The notes beneath the pieces are model-generated. The model ran no database searches and was not told the DNA's origin. It worked only from the letters and a program-made list of their open reading frames with translations. Below are positions 9,655-20,136 of a DNA stretch of 63,394 bases, piece by piece (the stretch's first letter is position 1; every line of letters starts with the position of its first letter). The translations under genes were made by a program, and so were the position numbers. The stretch comes from a virus (Duplodnaviria > Caudoviricetes), in the IMG/VR virus record IMGVR_UViG_3300017771_000005, positions 1-63,394 of that record, one strand, 5' to 3'.

Positions 9655-10085
9655 CCCAATCCAGACTGGAACTTCATGAATTCAATTGAATTGGTAATAT
9701 GATAAGAGCGATTGTGAATCATCTTTAGAATATCTTGTAAGAACTTTAGAATCGTATCATAATATTCAACCTTCATTTTAGCATTGGATAGATTTTCATC
9801 AGCATCCAGATACTTCGTCATTGTTTCTTTATCACGAATCTTTTTAGGAAAGGGATTTTCTTGATATACATCTGGATCCGCTTTACCAGAAAAGTATTCG
9901 TAACGATTATGTCTTATATTTTTTGTCTGCTGTTCTGCCTTCGCTTTCAATAAAATTATATTATTGAAGATGTCATAGTACTTTGCGTGAAGAACTGGAA
10001 TTTTTAGGGACTCTTGGTGAAGATTATCTGGATCAATTTGTGAGTCAATATTCCACATCTTTTGGATTTCTTCTAGACTAATCAT
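9651..10085 (-). CDS. uvsY: UvsY recombination mediator
   Basis: DSQIDPDNLHQES..IP.LHAKY, YLDAD, R.Y.I.N.IEF.KF..G; extended -10 TGcTATAAT at 10104-10112. Confidence 0.92.
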   Translation of the reverse strand: MISLEEIQKMWNIDSQIDPDNLHQESLKIPVLHAKYYDIFNNIILLKAKAEQQTKNIRHNRYEYFSGKADPDVYQENPFPKKIRDKETMTKYLDADENLSNAKMKVEYYDTILKFLQDILKMIHNRSYHITNSIEFMKFQSGLG

Positions 10086-10112
10086 AATAACGTTTTATTT
10101 TATATTATAGCA

Positions 10113-10691
10113 TCAATCAACTCTATATTCTATTGGATGTAGAGGTTGTCCATTGGGACCTACAATATTATACATCGTATACTTGAATGAAACCTCTGCA
10201 GTCATATATTGAATATCATTGTCAGTTGCATCAAACTGTAATGTTGATAGTTGGTATGGGAACAAATCTTTGAATATAACCTGCCAATTTGTTCTCTGAT
10301 TACTACTCAAAACTATTAGTGTTCCATCAGAAAAAATGTTATGGATTCTATCATCCGAGTTATCAACTTTTCCATAATAATCTTGGAACTGTAAATTATA
10401 AATTTCTTTTAAATCTTCTGGGAATCCAATACCACGAATCCAATTTTGGATTTCCATAAAGTTATTTAGATCTTCATCAACCATGAATCTAATAGTAAAA
10501 TCACCAAAATTAATGTTAGTTCCTGGTTCGGGAATCTGTCTGGTATACGTTGGTTGTGAAGTTACACCCAATGTTAAGTCTGGAATATTCGCAGCATTGG
10601 CAAAGAACGCAGCCTTGGGTGATCTTGATAGGGTAAATTTGAACCCTACAGGACTTAAGAAGTTCCTATTTGTAATCTGCTGAGACAACAT
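10113..10691 (-). CDS. gp3: Tail tube terminator / tail completion protein
   Basis: NFLSPVGFKF, ANIP.L.LG, F.DLFP..LS.L.FD; position after g23. Confidence 0.88.
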   Translation of the reverse strand: MLSQQITNRNFLSPVGFKFTLSRSPKAAFFANAANIPDLTLGVTSQPTYTRQIPEPGTNINFGDFTIRFMVDEDLNNFMEIQNWIRGIGFPEDLKEIYNLQFQDYYGKVDNSDDRIHNIFSDGTLIVLSSNQRTNWQVIFKDLFPYQLSTLQFDATDNDIQYMTAEVSFKYTMYNIVGPNGQPLHPIEYRVD

Positions 10692-10723
10692 TGGTTTTAT
10701 TCTTTTATACGACTATTTAGAGT

Positions 10724-11053
10724 TTACCTATGCTCTTTGTAGTGTCTGATGCGGTGACAGTTGGAGCACAGCATGACACATTTCTTTGCCTCTTCCATAA
10801 TCGTGTCTATGTTGCCGTCCAATCTTGGGGCGATTTCAAACTTCTTTTCTAAAGGATTTACATGGTGAAAGTCATAACAACAATGTGGAAATGTGTTACC
10901 ACAATCATGACACTTATCACCAAAGTGCTCAACAACAATTGCTTTTCTTTCATCTCTACGGCGCATAACATATTGCTTATGCTTCTCCTTATTGCGAGTT
11001 CCTCCCTTGTTCTTATAATGGGTTCCAATGGTTGGGTCACTAGGTCTAGGCAT
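10724..11053 (-). mobile_element. Free-standing HNH endonuclease (putative homing endonuclease)
   Basis: CHDC...DFHHVNP...KCVMLCSNCHRIRH zinc/HNH motifs; own late promoter TATAAATA at 11080-11087. Confidence 0.8.
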
Positions 11054-11086
11054 TAGTCACAACGTATATTTAACAAAATTATTTAT

Positions 11087-11114
11087 AAAAAAAGAGACCT
11101 CCGAAGAGGTCTCT
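11087..11114 (-). terminator. Intrinsic terminator after g23
   Basis: AGAGACCTC-TTCG-GAGGTCTCT followed by a T-run; C(UUCG)G tetraloop typical of T4-like phages. Confidence 0.9.
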
Positions 11115-11133
11115 GGGTAAATGTGAACAGAGA

Positions 11134-12549
11134 TCACATTAGATTTTTCACTTGGACTCTTCTGTAGTAACGGTTTGCGTTAGTTGTAAGAGCGCCGAGA
11201 CCCTGGTTAGATACATTTCCTTCTGCGAAGGGGTTAGCAACTAGACCATAACGGGTCTTGAATCCGATCTTGGGTTGGAAGGTGTCCTCACCAACTGCAC
11301 GGACCATTTGGAGGGGTACATATGGGCAGTAGAATAGACCTGCGTCATATGGGGAAGAACCCTTATAACCTACAACGTAGTACTGCTGAGCAGCAACGTT
11401 TGCAGAATATGGATCGATATATACGCGGAACTTACCAAGCAGGGTACCTGCAAAGGTGTTACCAGCGTCATCAACGTTGAGGTTAGCGTTGAGTGCGGGG
11501 GTGTAGTCTAGTACTCCAGCCATTGCTAGTGCAGATGCTACGTCTGCGGAGCACATGATTACGTTACCCTTTCCTCTACGAGTTCTTTGTGCGATTGCGT
11601 TTGCATCGCGCTCGATTTGGAAGAGTAGACCCTTGAATTTCTCAACAGACCAACGACCGTTGCTGTCGATGTCTAGGTCGAATACACCAGCGGTTGCGGT
11701 GTTTGCAGCAGCACCCTGTTCAGCGGTCTTGTAGATGGTTCTGATGACTTCGCGGTTGATTTCAGCAAGAATCTCAGTAGAGAGAATGTTTGCTAGTTCC
11801 GCTTCAGCGTTCAGACCGTGGATCGCCTTGAGGTCTTGTGCTAGTTCTAGTGAGTACTCAGCTTTGAGTGCTCTGGACTTCGCTTCGACGAGGACTTTCT
11901 CGATAGAGAATGCCATCTCGTTGAACTGGTTACCAGTTCCGTTACCGAGGTTCTCAGAGTCACCAGTCTTCATACCCTGACCGACGTTATAATCGGTTTG
12001 GGATGCAGAAGCTGTTGGGTTGAGTAGACCAGGGTTGGAACCGTTCTGGGAAGTAGTTCCCATACCAGCGACACCGTTGGTGAAACCACCTTCAAGGTTC
12101 AGACCATCGTCCTGACCTGCGAATGCGGTATCTGCTTCGTCGAATAGTGCTTCACTACCATTCTGGTTCTGATAGCGGGAGCGCATTGCAAAGATTAGTC
12201 CAGTAGGACCGCTCATTGGTTGTACGCCTGCTAGGTCATAAGCGACCAGGTTGGGCATGGAGCGTCTGATCAAGGAGATCAGAACGGGGTCGAAACCAGC
12301 AACAGGACCACCTGCTGCTGCGTCTCCACCAAATCCACCACCACCACCAACGCCATTGCCGTTGTTGGTTGGGGTTTCAGTTAAGAATGTCTGTCCACCA
12401 GAGAAAGCATTTTGCTCTCTAAGGAATTTTTCTTGGTTTTCTAACAGGACTGCGGTTACAGCTCTACGATGATTGTCTTTGATTTCATCGCAACCCTCAT
12501 GATTGAGGAGAGGTGCCCACTTTTCCTGCAGTGCTTCTGATTGAAACAT
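11134..12549 (-). CDS. gp23: Major capsid protein
   Basis: EKWAPLL, GVQPMSGPTGLIFAMRSRY, KSRALKAEYSLELAQDLKAIHG, YCPYVPL, FQPKIGFKTRYG. Confidence 0.98.
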   Translation of the reverse strand: MFQSEALQEKWAPLLNHEGCDEIKDNHRRAVTAVLLENQEKFLREQNAFSGGQTFLTETPTNNGNGVGGGGGFGGDAAAGGPVAGFDPVLISLIRRSMPNLVAYDLAGVQPMSGPTGLIFAMRSRYQNQNGSEALFDEADTAFAGQDDGLNLEGGFTNGVAGMGTTSQNGSNPGLLNPTASASQTDYNVGQGMKTGDSENLGNGTGNQFNEMAFSIEKVLVEAKSRALKAEYSLELAQDLKAIHGLNAEAELANILSTEILAEINREVIRTIYKTAEQGAAANTATAGVFDLDIDSNGRWSVEKFKGLLFQIERDANAIAQRTRRGKGNVIMCSADVASALAMAGVLDYTPALNANLNVDDAGNTFAGTLLGKFRVYIDPYSANVAAQQYYVVGYKGSSPYDAGLFYCPYVPLQMVRAVGEDTFQPKIGFKTRYGLVANPFAEGNVSNQGLGALTTNANRYYRRVQVKNLM

Positions 12550-12596
12550 TGCTATTACCTATGAATTAAAAGTTGACGTTTGATTTAATATTAAAA

Positions 12597-13748
12597 TCAG
12601 TTTTTAGCAACTGATGAAAGTGTTCTGAGGTATGCTGCCATGGTTCCACTATGAGATTCATGAGCAACTTCTTCTCCCTCAGAAAGAGTTTCGGTTGTTG
12701 CTGCTGGAGAAACGGACTTTGAAGAGAAATAAGATTCCTTCATCATCTCCATTTTTTCACGATACTGGGTTTCACTTTCAAACTCCACACTTTCGGAAAG
12801 TGAGGCGAGCTTTTCTTTCTGGGAGACTGCTAGTCCCTCAGAAACTTCTGCGAAGATTCCGTCTGCAACCGACTCTGAGAGGCGCTTGTTTAGGGAAACA
12901 TTCTTCTCAATCTGCTCGTTGAGTTTTGTTTCCATGTCATCTAATTTTTCTACCATGCTCTCTAGCACATCATATTTATCTTCAGGGATTGATACATAAT
13001 GTTCTTCAAAAAGTCCTTTCATGCCAGTCATGAAGGACGTTACCATTTCGGACTTGAGTCCAGACTCGATAGCGAGTTTGTTCTCATCGACCCATTCTTG
13101 AGAAACATACTCAAGATAGGAATCGACTCTTTCAGTTAGGGCAGAGGTTGCTTCCTCTACTTCTTCTGCAACAGCCAGTTCCAACTTTGCTTCGTACTGT
13201 GACTTAAGACCTTCCTTGATCTCGGACACTTTAGAACGAAGTGCTGCTTCGAAAATGGTGCGTGCTTTTTCTTGGAATTCTTCGGAGAGTTCCTCGCCGG
13301 AAAGGAGTGCATTAACATCTTCTTCGATGTCGAATGATTCTTCTTCTACGACTTCTTCTTCAGCAACCACTTCTTCGACTTCTTCAGTCTCTTCGGTTAC
13401 TTCTGCTTCTTCTTCGGAAACTACCTCTTCGGTGGTCTCTTCTGCTTCTGCAACTACTTCTTCGTCTTCAGCAACTTCCTCTTCTTCCTTCATACCCTTC
13501 ATGGGTTCCGCAGGCTTAGCGCCTTTGTTAACAACGTCCTTGACTTGCTTTAGACCTGCACCTGCATCCTTCAGTTCCGCAGAACCGTCGTCAGGGCGAT
13601 AGTTGTCAGGAGTGGGGCCGCCGAGATCCTCGTAGGAGGTGCCATCCAAAGTTTGCATGGGTTCTGCAGGTTTAGCACCCGCATTTACTGCAGTTTTGGA
13701 TTGCTTAGTGCCTGCCTCCATTTCCTGTAGATTTTTGTCACTAGACAT
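12597..13748 (-). CDS. gp22: Prohead core scaffold protein
   Basis: Very acidic; LSEEFQEKARTIFEAA, VDSYLEYV..EW; likely start MSSDKN (13748) after GGAGAG. Confidence 0.92.
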   Translation of the reverse strand: MSSDKNLQEMEAGTKQSKTAVNAGAKPAEPMQTLDGTSYEDLGGPTPDNYRPDDGSAELKDAGAGLKQVKDVVNKGAKPAEPMKGMKEEEEVAEDEEVVAEAEETTEEVVSEEEAEVTEETEEVEEVVAEEEVVEEESFDIEEDVNALLSGEELSEEFQEKARTIFEAALRSKVSEIKEGLKSQYEAKLELAVAEEVEEATSALTERVDSYLEYVSQEWVDENKLAIESGLKSEMVTSFMTGMKGLFEEHYVSIPEDKYDVLESMVEKLDDMETKLNEQIEKNVSLNKRLSESVADGIFAEVSEGLAVSQKEKLASLSESVEFESETQYREKMEMMKESYFSSKSVSPAATTETLSEGEEVAHESHSGTMAAYLRTLSSVAKN

Positions 13749-13788
13749 TTGAAACTCTCCGTGATTAACCATTTGTTAATTATATATT

Positions 13789-13796
13789 TATTTATA
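13789..13796 (-). promoter_or_regulatory. T4-type late promoter for g22-g23
   Basis: TATAAATA. Confidence 0.8.
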
Positions 13797-13807
13797 CAAT
13801 AATAATT

Positions 13808-14458
13808 TTATAATGATGACAAGAAGTCATTGAACAAATTAAGTTTATGCTCATCAAGAGTACGCTGCCTAGACAGTTCTTCTACTTGATTCTTAATTTG
13901 TTGTGCTTTTCTTTCACGAAGAATACTTCCTTCCCATACCCACTCCTTACCTTCCATGATTCCTTGTACAAAGGCATCAGGTGCAGATGGATCCGCTACA
14001 ATATCAGCAGCAGTAGCAAGCATGAAGTCTTCACCGACTTCTTTATATCCCCTATCATTCTCTTTTAGTGAACCAATACCACGGGAAGAAACTCCAAGGG
14101 TAACTCCATCTTTGAGTAGTGACTCAGCAATCTTACCCATAGGAGTGGAAAGAATTTGTGCCTTACCAACAAAGTTATTGCCAGAACGATACAGTTCAGT
14201 AATTTTATGTGAAACACGATCCAAGTTGACAGTTGGACCATCGGGGTGACCCAGCTCTCCTAGGGCACGTCCTTTCTTTACATAATCTTCTGCATATCTC
14301 TTGACTTCCCTTTCCATGATACCCATTGGATACATGCGACCATTGCGGTTTACTACTTCCGCTTGGAGGAAAGGTCCTTTGATATACAAAGACTTCTTAC
14401 CGTTTCTTTCTTCGGTAAGAACCTCAACCTTTTCTATTTCTTCTCTGATTAATTTCAT
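13808..14458 (-). CDS. gp21: Prohead core protease
   Basis: NRNGRMYP, GELGHP, GVSSRG, DIVADPSAPDA. Confidence 0.96.
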   Translation of the reverse strand: MKLIREEIEKVEVLTEERNGKKSLYIKGPFLQAEVVNRNGRMYPMGIMEREVKRYAEDYVKKGRALGELGHPDGPTVNLDRVSHKITELYRSGNNFVGKAQILSTPMGKIAESLLKDGVTLGVSSRGIGSLKENDRGYKEVGEDFMLATAADIVADPSAPDAFVQGIMEGKEWVWEGSILRERKAQQIKNQVEELSRQRTLDEHKLNLFNDFLSSL

Positions 14459-14460
14459 GG

Positions 14461-14730
14461 TCATCCAGTAAATCCGACTTGTGCCCCAAGAACTGCGGCG
14501 TTAGTTGCATACACGCAATGTGTATGATTTTTTTCTAAAATTTCTACGGAATTTGCAGGCATAGTCATGGAACCAATTATAGTTCCCCCCTGCGTCTCAA
14601 CGACCACCACTCCATAAGCAGTAGAAGAATTATTAACTAAACGTACTGCAGTTGCTTGAGTGAAACTAGTTGCAGTACCAGTTGTAGTTGGTAGTGCTGC
14701 TTCAGCACCTAACAATAACGTTCTGTCCAT
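14461..14730 (-). CDS. Small beta-rich hypothetical virion protein
   Basis: 89-aa ORF between g20 and g21 with late promoter ATAAATA at about 14757-14763; resembles the 21797-22081 product. Confidence 0.65.
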   Translation of the reverse strand: MDRTLLLGAEAALPTTTGTATSFTQATAVRLVNNSSTAYGVVVVETQGGTIIGSMTMPANSVEILEKNHTHCVYATNAAVLGAQVGFTG

Positions 14731-14759
14731 TAGATAGGTAAAAACTCATTAATTACTAT

Positions 14760-14939
14760 TTATTCTTCTTCAGTTTCCAGCTGTTGGGAGAACATGGAAG
14801 TAGAGACTTCAGGTCTCATAGCATCAATTTTTTCTGCACCTTTGGTGAATAGAATATTTTTAATTTCATCACTAACATCAGATGCAGTTCCATCTGTTGC
14901 AAGTATATCCATCAATTTATCAAGTGATTGTTCAGGCAT
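14760..14939 (-). CDS. Small acidic prohead-core-like protein (gp67 position)
   Basis: Missing from ORF track (59 aa): MPEQSLDKLMDILATDGTASDVSDEIKNILFTKGAEKIDAMRPEVSTSMFSQQLETEEE; directly after g20. Confidence 0.7.
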   Translation of the reverse strand: MPEQSLDKLMDILATDGTASDVSDEIKNILFTKGAEKIDAMRPEVSTSMFSQQLETEEE

Positions 14940-14973
14940 TGTTTAATTACAAATTGTATGTTTTATTTATTAT

Positions 14974-16644
14974 TTAAACTTCAACGTCGTCGAGACCTGA
15001 AGTATCCATTTCGGGTTCAGTTGGAACAGATCCAGAATCACCGTCAATAGAATCTCCTGCAGTTGGAGTCATTGGTTGACCAGTCTCAGGATCAATTGGT
15101 GCATTGGGATCTGCAATTATCCCTGCCTCAATTTCTTTTGCAATCAGTCTATCCTGCTCAATAATTTCTTGATCAGTTTGACGTAAAATTTTATTTCTCA
15201 CATAGTTCTGAGAATAATATTTACCGATGTAAGGTTCTGCAGTTGCTGCCATATTGAGTCTTTCAGTTAGCAGTTCAGCATCCTTGAGTTCGGAGAAGTG
15301 ATTATCATATAAGAAGTCATATTGAATATGCTCACTCATGGTCTCCCAATCTTCAGGAGTTACAATATTTTTAAGAATTAGTTGTGTTCTGAGTAGATCG
15401 TTGAATAAATTTGAGAATCTCTTTCTCAAACGACCAACAAACTTAGAGAACTTAAGTTCATCTCTAAGAATCTCAGAAGAACGACCGAGACTAAACCCAC
15501 TCTGACCTTCCATTCTGGAAGTTGGAACGTTCAATGAACGATATAGTTTAGATTGGAAATAATTAATATCAGTAATCTCTCCAAGGTTTTGTCCACCAGG
15601 AAGAGTTGAAATTTCTGTTCCACGACCACCTTCTCTACGTGGCAACCAGAAATCTTCCAGCATACTCATAAACTTTTTATCGTCACGAACTTCACCAGTG
15701 CTTGCATCATAGGTGAGTTTATTGCGATAACGCATCATTACATCACGTAAGTATTGCTCCGCCTTTACTTTTGGTAGATTGCCGACATCAATGTAGAAAA
15801 TTCTACGTTCAGGTGCGCGGGACATTCTATAGATAACGAGTGAATCCTCAATCATTCTAAGTTGATTGAGTGATTTAATTGCTTTGTGTAGATATGAAAG
15901 AACAGTCCCTTTGTTTCTATCTACAAGACCAGAGGTACAGTATGCAATAGAATCTTTGGTGAATCTTACACCTGAAGACTGTGCTGCACTTCTATTTGCT
16001 GGATTATACCCACCACCACCATAGGTTTGCTTCTTATTATAAACAAAGTATTCTTCGATCTCTGGAAATCTAAAATCTTCAGGACTTTGTGTTCCTGCAG
16101 GAGTTCTAGTTATTAGACCATCTTTTGTATCTTTAATTTGTTGTCTGACATATCGCATCTTCATTGGATCGATATATCTTAACTCTTTAATACCTTCTTC
16201 TGCTTTCTTTTCGTCAACTACTTTGTGATAATAGACACGTCCATCAACGTACCAATTCCTATAAATCTCGTGACACTTTTTATCAAAATCAAGTAGTTCT
16301 AAAATTCTTTTGAACTCATCTCTAACCATTTTCTTTAAACTATCACTTGCTTTCAAGTTTGATAGTTCAATCTCGACAGGAGAGTCGTTTGAGTCTGAAA
16401 CAATTGCTTCATTAATAACATCTTCAATAGCACTATCCACCTCTGGATGCAGTGCCATCTCGCGATATCTTTTAATTAGATCGTTTTCTGTCTTGTAGAC
16501 GCCTTCAATATCTACATAAGAACCAAAAAATCCACTAGTCAAATAGTGGTCAGCCCCGTCCTCATTGTTTTGAGGAACGGGGGAGACGGCACCTTTAGAC
16601 TTGGGATCTTCGTCTTCAATAGAAAAACCAAAAAGTTTGGCCAT
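14974..16644 (-). CDS. gp20: Portal vertex protein
   Basis: RAPERRIFYIDVGNLPK.KAEQY, EDFWLPRREGGRGTEI.TLPGG. Confidence 0.98.
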   Translation of the reverse strand: MAKLFGFSIEDEDPKSKGAVSPVPQNNEDGADHYLTSGFFGSYVDIEGVYKTENDLIKRYREMALHPEVDSAIEDVINEAIVSDSNDSPVEIELSNLKASDSLKKMVRDEFKRILELLDFDKKCHEIYRNWYVDGRVYYHKVVDEKKAEEGIKELRYIDPMKMRYVRQQIKDTKDGLITRTPAGTQSPEDFRFPEIEEYFVYNKKQTYGGGGYNPANRSAAQSSGVRFTKDSIAYCTSGLVDRNKGTVLSYLHKAIKSLNQLRMIEDSLVIYRMSRAPERRIFYIDVGNLPKVKAEQYLRDVMMRYRNKLTYDASTGEVRDDKKFMSMLEDFWLPRREGGRGTEISTLPGGQNLGEITDINYFQSKLYRSLNVPTSRMEGQSGFSLGRSSEILRDELKFSKFVGRLRKRFSNLFNDLLRTQLILKNIVTPEDWETMSEHIQYDFLYDNHFSELKDAELLTERLNMAATAEPYIGKYYSQNYVRNKILRQTDQEIIEQDRLIAKEIEAGIIADPNAPIDPETGQPMTPTAGDSIDGDSGSVPTEPEMDTSGLDDVEV

Positions 16645-16680
16645 AATTAATTAAGTTGTGCTTGGTCTTCTTAGTATTTA

Positions 16681-17298
16681 TCAAGCATTAGTTCCGGGCT
16701 TTTCAGGATAGTAGTACTGAATCTGGAACTCGACCGGGAAGTCTTCAATGATATCGGTTGTTTCATAAGAAAGATCAATCTGACCAACACTAGTTGGGAA
16801 GATATCTACGAATCTATACTGTGCAATGATATTTGCAGTTCCACCAGAACCTTGAGAAGCAGTTTGCTGTTGGGATGCACTTCTACCCAACTGATACACG
16901 GTTGCTTGTCCCATGTAATCATTAGGATCATTCATACCAGCATGGTTCTCATACTGTGCAATATTTTGCATCCATGCTTCGAATGCTCTTCTGTGATTGA
17001 AACTTTCATCGTTGATGATAGTAACAGTCCAAGATTCGAAACTTCTATCTCCAGCAACCTTTAGAGTTCTACCTCTGAAAGGAATGTCGATAGGTGAAAC
17101 GTTTGAGGGGGGTAGTGCTGCTGCCTTGCAGAGGAATCTGAAGTTATCAGAATCAAACTCCCCAGTTCCGTCTCCCTGAATACCGATGTCTACAGCGGCA
17201 GGGAAAGTTACAGAGACCTCGAACAGGTTGGGGCGTGATCCGCCACCAACCAGTTTAGATTTAAAAGCAGAAATGCCTCTAGTTGGAATTGTTGCCAT
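16681..17298 (-). CDS. gp19: Tail tube protein
   Basis: GG.RPNLFEV, CKAA.LP, PFRGR.LK.AGDR.F..W..T. Confidence 0.95.
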   Translation of the reverse strand: MATIPTRGISAFKSKLVGGGSRPNLFEVSVTFPAAVDIGIQGDGTGEFDSDNFRFLCKAAALPPSNVSPIDIPFRGRTLKVAGDRSFESWTVTIINDESFNHRRAFEAWMQNIAQYENHAGMNDPNDYMGQATVYQLGRSASQQQTASQGSGGTANIIAQYRFVDIFPTSVGQIDLSYETTDIIEDFPVEFQIQYYYPEKPGTNA

Positions 17299-17333
17299 TG
17301 TTGGAATCCTCCGTTTATGTTAATTTATTATGA

Positions 17334-19820
17334 TCAAACTCTGCCGACTACTTCCTGGAAATCAACTCCAGTTCTAGTAGCAACAAATGTTAGGGTTACA
17401 TAGTTAATAGACCTCGCTGGCTTCAAGAAGATGTCCGCACGGAATTCGTTATTATCAATTACACTTGGAGTGTTATTAGTTTCATCACAGATTACTCTGA
17501 AGTCAAATAGACCACGCTTCGCTTGAACGTCACGTAGGTAAGGTTCAACTACATTGACGAAGTTTGCTCTGGTTACTGCATCGTTGAACTCAAATAGAGT
17601 TGAATTTGCAGTTCCACGGAGTGATGCCTCAACAACTAGGAAGAGGCGACGGACGTTGATTCTATCAAATGCAGATGCATAAGATAGTGCAGTCTTATCT
17701 CCGAAGAGCATAACACCTACGCCACTTTGATTTACAATTGAATTAATTCTTGCCTCATAGAGAGTGTCTCTTTGATCCTTAGTAGGACTTAGTGCAAGTT
17801 TGACAGCATTGTTCAAAATGCCTCTCTGCTCACCTGCTGGAGAGAACCATGGGAAAGCAGTTACTTCAGTTCTTGCCATTAGACCGGCAACGTCTGCGTT
17901 ACAGGGAACGTATACAAACTTGTTATTAAATCTATCAAATGTATACTTATAACCACTATCAAATACAGCGTAAGATGATGAAGATAGTGGAGCAAAGAAC
18001 TTAGTAATGTTTGAAACTTGTGTGTCAGAGTTGGTTACGTCAACAACATTTCCTCTATGTGGAGAAATAACTGCAACACAATCCTTTCTTGCATTAGCAA
18101 TAGAGATTAGTTTGTTTGCCTTTGCTTGAGACTCAAGTTGAGTTGCAAGTCCAGGACCCATGATTAAGAAGTCAATCTTATGCTCTTCAGTGTTATTGAA
18201 GAGATCATATCCAGTATTAAGATCACCTAAACTTGCGGTCATTCCACCACTTGCCTCATAATCTTGACCACCAACTAAGGTATAAGTTACTTTACCAATG
18301 GAACTATAGATGGAAGATTGTGCATTTGTATCCCAAATTCCTTGTGCAATTGATCTTGGGACAAATCCATTCGCCTGAGTAGTATCAAAGCGAATTGCAA
18401 GAGGTTCAGTTCCATTGATTCCATCTACACCAGTAGATAGATTAGCACCACTGAAAATGTATGCAGAATTATCTGCAATATAGTCTTTCCAGTAGATTGA
18501 AGTGGGTGCGTTAATTGCAGAAACAGCATCAGTTGCCTTGGAAAGTCCAATATGGGTTTCTAGAATTTCATTCTGAATTCCAGTGACATCACCTTTAGCA
18601 TCAACAACTACAACATGAATCTCATCGTTAACACCACTTCTATCATTTGCGAAAGTAGTAGTTCTTGGTTTTGATGCAAGTGACTTCCAAAAAACAGTAC
18701 TTCCACTCAGACCCAGAGTCTGCTCATTGTACCAATCAGCGGTAGTATTTGTCGTGATAGTTTCTTCTACTGAAGAAGCAGTTAGAGTTAGGTTGTCACT
18801 TACTGCAGTACCACCAATAGAAACGTTAGAAATTGTGATAGTTTCACCAGAAGTGTAGTAGCGACCACCACCTGCAACAGTGACAGTTGAAATTCCACCA
18901 ACAGCATTTCTAAAGACGTTGAATGTTGCTCCAGTTCCGTCAGTTGCAGTTCCAGTTACACCAGAGTAAGTTTGGTTTGCTTCGGAAAGAATAGTCGAGA
19001 ATCCAACAGTACTAATACCAGTTAGAGCATTCTCGGGAGAGATTAGACTTCCGTTATCATCATAAAGATAAATTTTATCTGCTGAATCAATAGATGCTGC
19101 TGAATCACCTTCTGCATAATCGACAAATGTTTCAGTTCCGGCGGTATCTACTCTAGATACAATTTTAACTTCTAATTCAGATCTACTGTCTGCGTTTGAA
19201 GTAGTAACAATTCCGGTAACAATACCTTTCAGATATCCATTAAAGTTACTAGTAGTTCCGTTACCAACAATAGGTACATTGGTTAGGGTTGCAGTGATTC
19301 CATATCCAACTAATGAAGTAGTTGCAACAGAAACGTTTGAAAATTTAGTTTCATCAATTCTTAGGATCTGGTCTCCACCATCATCGATTACACAAACTTG
19401 TAGTGAATTTCCGTGCTCTCCGGGATTCTTTGCAGCAAATGCCCAGTTGACGCTATCAGCGTCATAATTAGACAGATAATCGTCGTAATTCTTGATTTTG
19501 ACGCTTTGAGTAGTTACTGCGAATCCTACCGCAGCATTCTTTAGATTAGTTCCATCTACACGAACTACCTTTGCAGAACCACCATAAGATAGGTAACCTG
19601 AAGCACTTGTCCAGTACTCATAATGTAGATTCTCCGCTTTAGGTCGTCCAAAGGTGTTAAGAAGTTCTTGTTCGTTGGAAATGTCAACAACCTCTTCTAC
19701 AGGTCCTCTAGAAAAGGGTGCAGCAATTGCGCCGACATTTAGTAGAACGTTGTCTGCTCTACCTAACGTTAAGTCAACTTCTCTGACGAGGACGCCTGGA
19801 GATAATTGAGGAGTAGCCAT
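17334..19820 (-). CDS. gp18: Contractile tail sheath protein
   Basis: SPGVLVREVDLT, PWFSPAG..RG, FDRINVRRLF, KPARSINYVTL.F.ATRTG; late promoter TATAAATA at 19860-19867. Confidence 0.97.
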   Translation of the reverse strand: MATPQLSPGVLVREVDLTLGRADNVLLNVGAIAAPFSRGPVEEVVDISNEQELLNTFGRPKAENLHYEYWTSASGYLSYGGSAKVVRVDGTNLKNAAVGFAVTTQSVKIKNYDDYLSNYDADSVNWAFAAKNPGEHGNSLQVCVIDDGGDQILRIDETKFSNVSVATTSLVGYGITATLTNVPIVGNGTTSNFNGYLKGIVTGIVTTSNADSRSELEVKIVSRVDTAGTETFVDYAEGDSAASIDSADKIYLYDDNGSLISPENALTGISTVGFSTILSEANQTYSGVTGTATDGTGATFNVFRNAVGGISTVTVAGGGRYYTSGETITISNVSIGGTAVSDNLTLTASSVEETITTNTTADWYNEQTLGLSGSTVFWKSLASKPRTTTFANDRSGVNDEIHVVVVDAKGDVTGIQNEILETHIGLSKATDAVSAINAPTSIYWKDYIADNSAYIFSGANLSTGVDGINGTEPLAIRFDTTQANGFVPRSIAQGIWDTNAQSSIYSSIGKVTYTLVGGQDYEASGGMTASLGDLNTGYDLFNNTEEHKIDFLIMGPGLATQLESQAKANKLISIANARKDCVAVISPHRGNVVDVTNSDTQVSNITKFFAPLSSSSYAVFDSGYKYTFDRFNNKFVYVPCNADVAGLMARTEVTAFPWFSPAGEQRGILNNAVKLALSPTKDQRDTLYEARINSIVNQSGVGVMLFGDKTALSYASAFDRINVRRLFLVVEASLRGTANSTLFEFNDAVTRANFVNVVEPYLRDVQAKRGLFDFRVICDETNNTPSVIDNNEFRADIFLKPARSINYVTLTFVATRTGVDFQEVVGRV

Positions 19821-19908
19821 TCGTTTTTCTCCTGGTCTCGATATTATTTCTCTAAAAAATATTTATAAAAAGTACCCCTTTCAAGTGATGAAACCATGCA
19901 TGAACAGT

Positions 19909-20136
19909 CTACCAATCTGGATATTCCCAATTTAAAACCTTTTTTGGTTTTTTTCTAGTTTTCTTTACCCTATCAATAGTGCACTCTTTACACTCATATG
20001 AATATGCTGATGGTTGATATTTGTTCTTTCTTATTCGATAGAATCCATCGATTAGATTTTTAGTCTTACCACAAGATCTACACTTTCTTTCTGAAAGATA
20101 TAAATGTTCTACCTGGAAACTATCTTCTAAATCCAT
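19909..20136 (-). CDS. Small zinc-ribbon protein
   Basis: CRSC...YECKEC, ends in YPDW; abuts the g17 stop. Confidence 0.65.
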   Translation of the reverse strand: MDLEDSFQVEHLYLSERKCRSCGKTKNLIDGFYRIRKNKYQPSAYSYECKECTIDRVKKTRKKPKKVLNWEYPDW

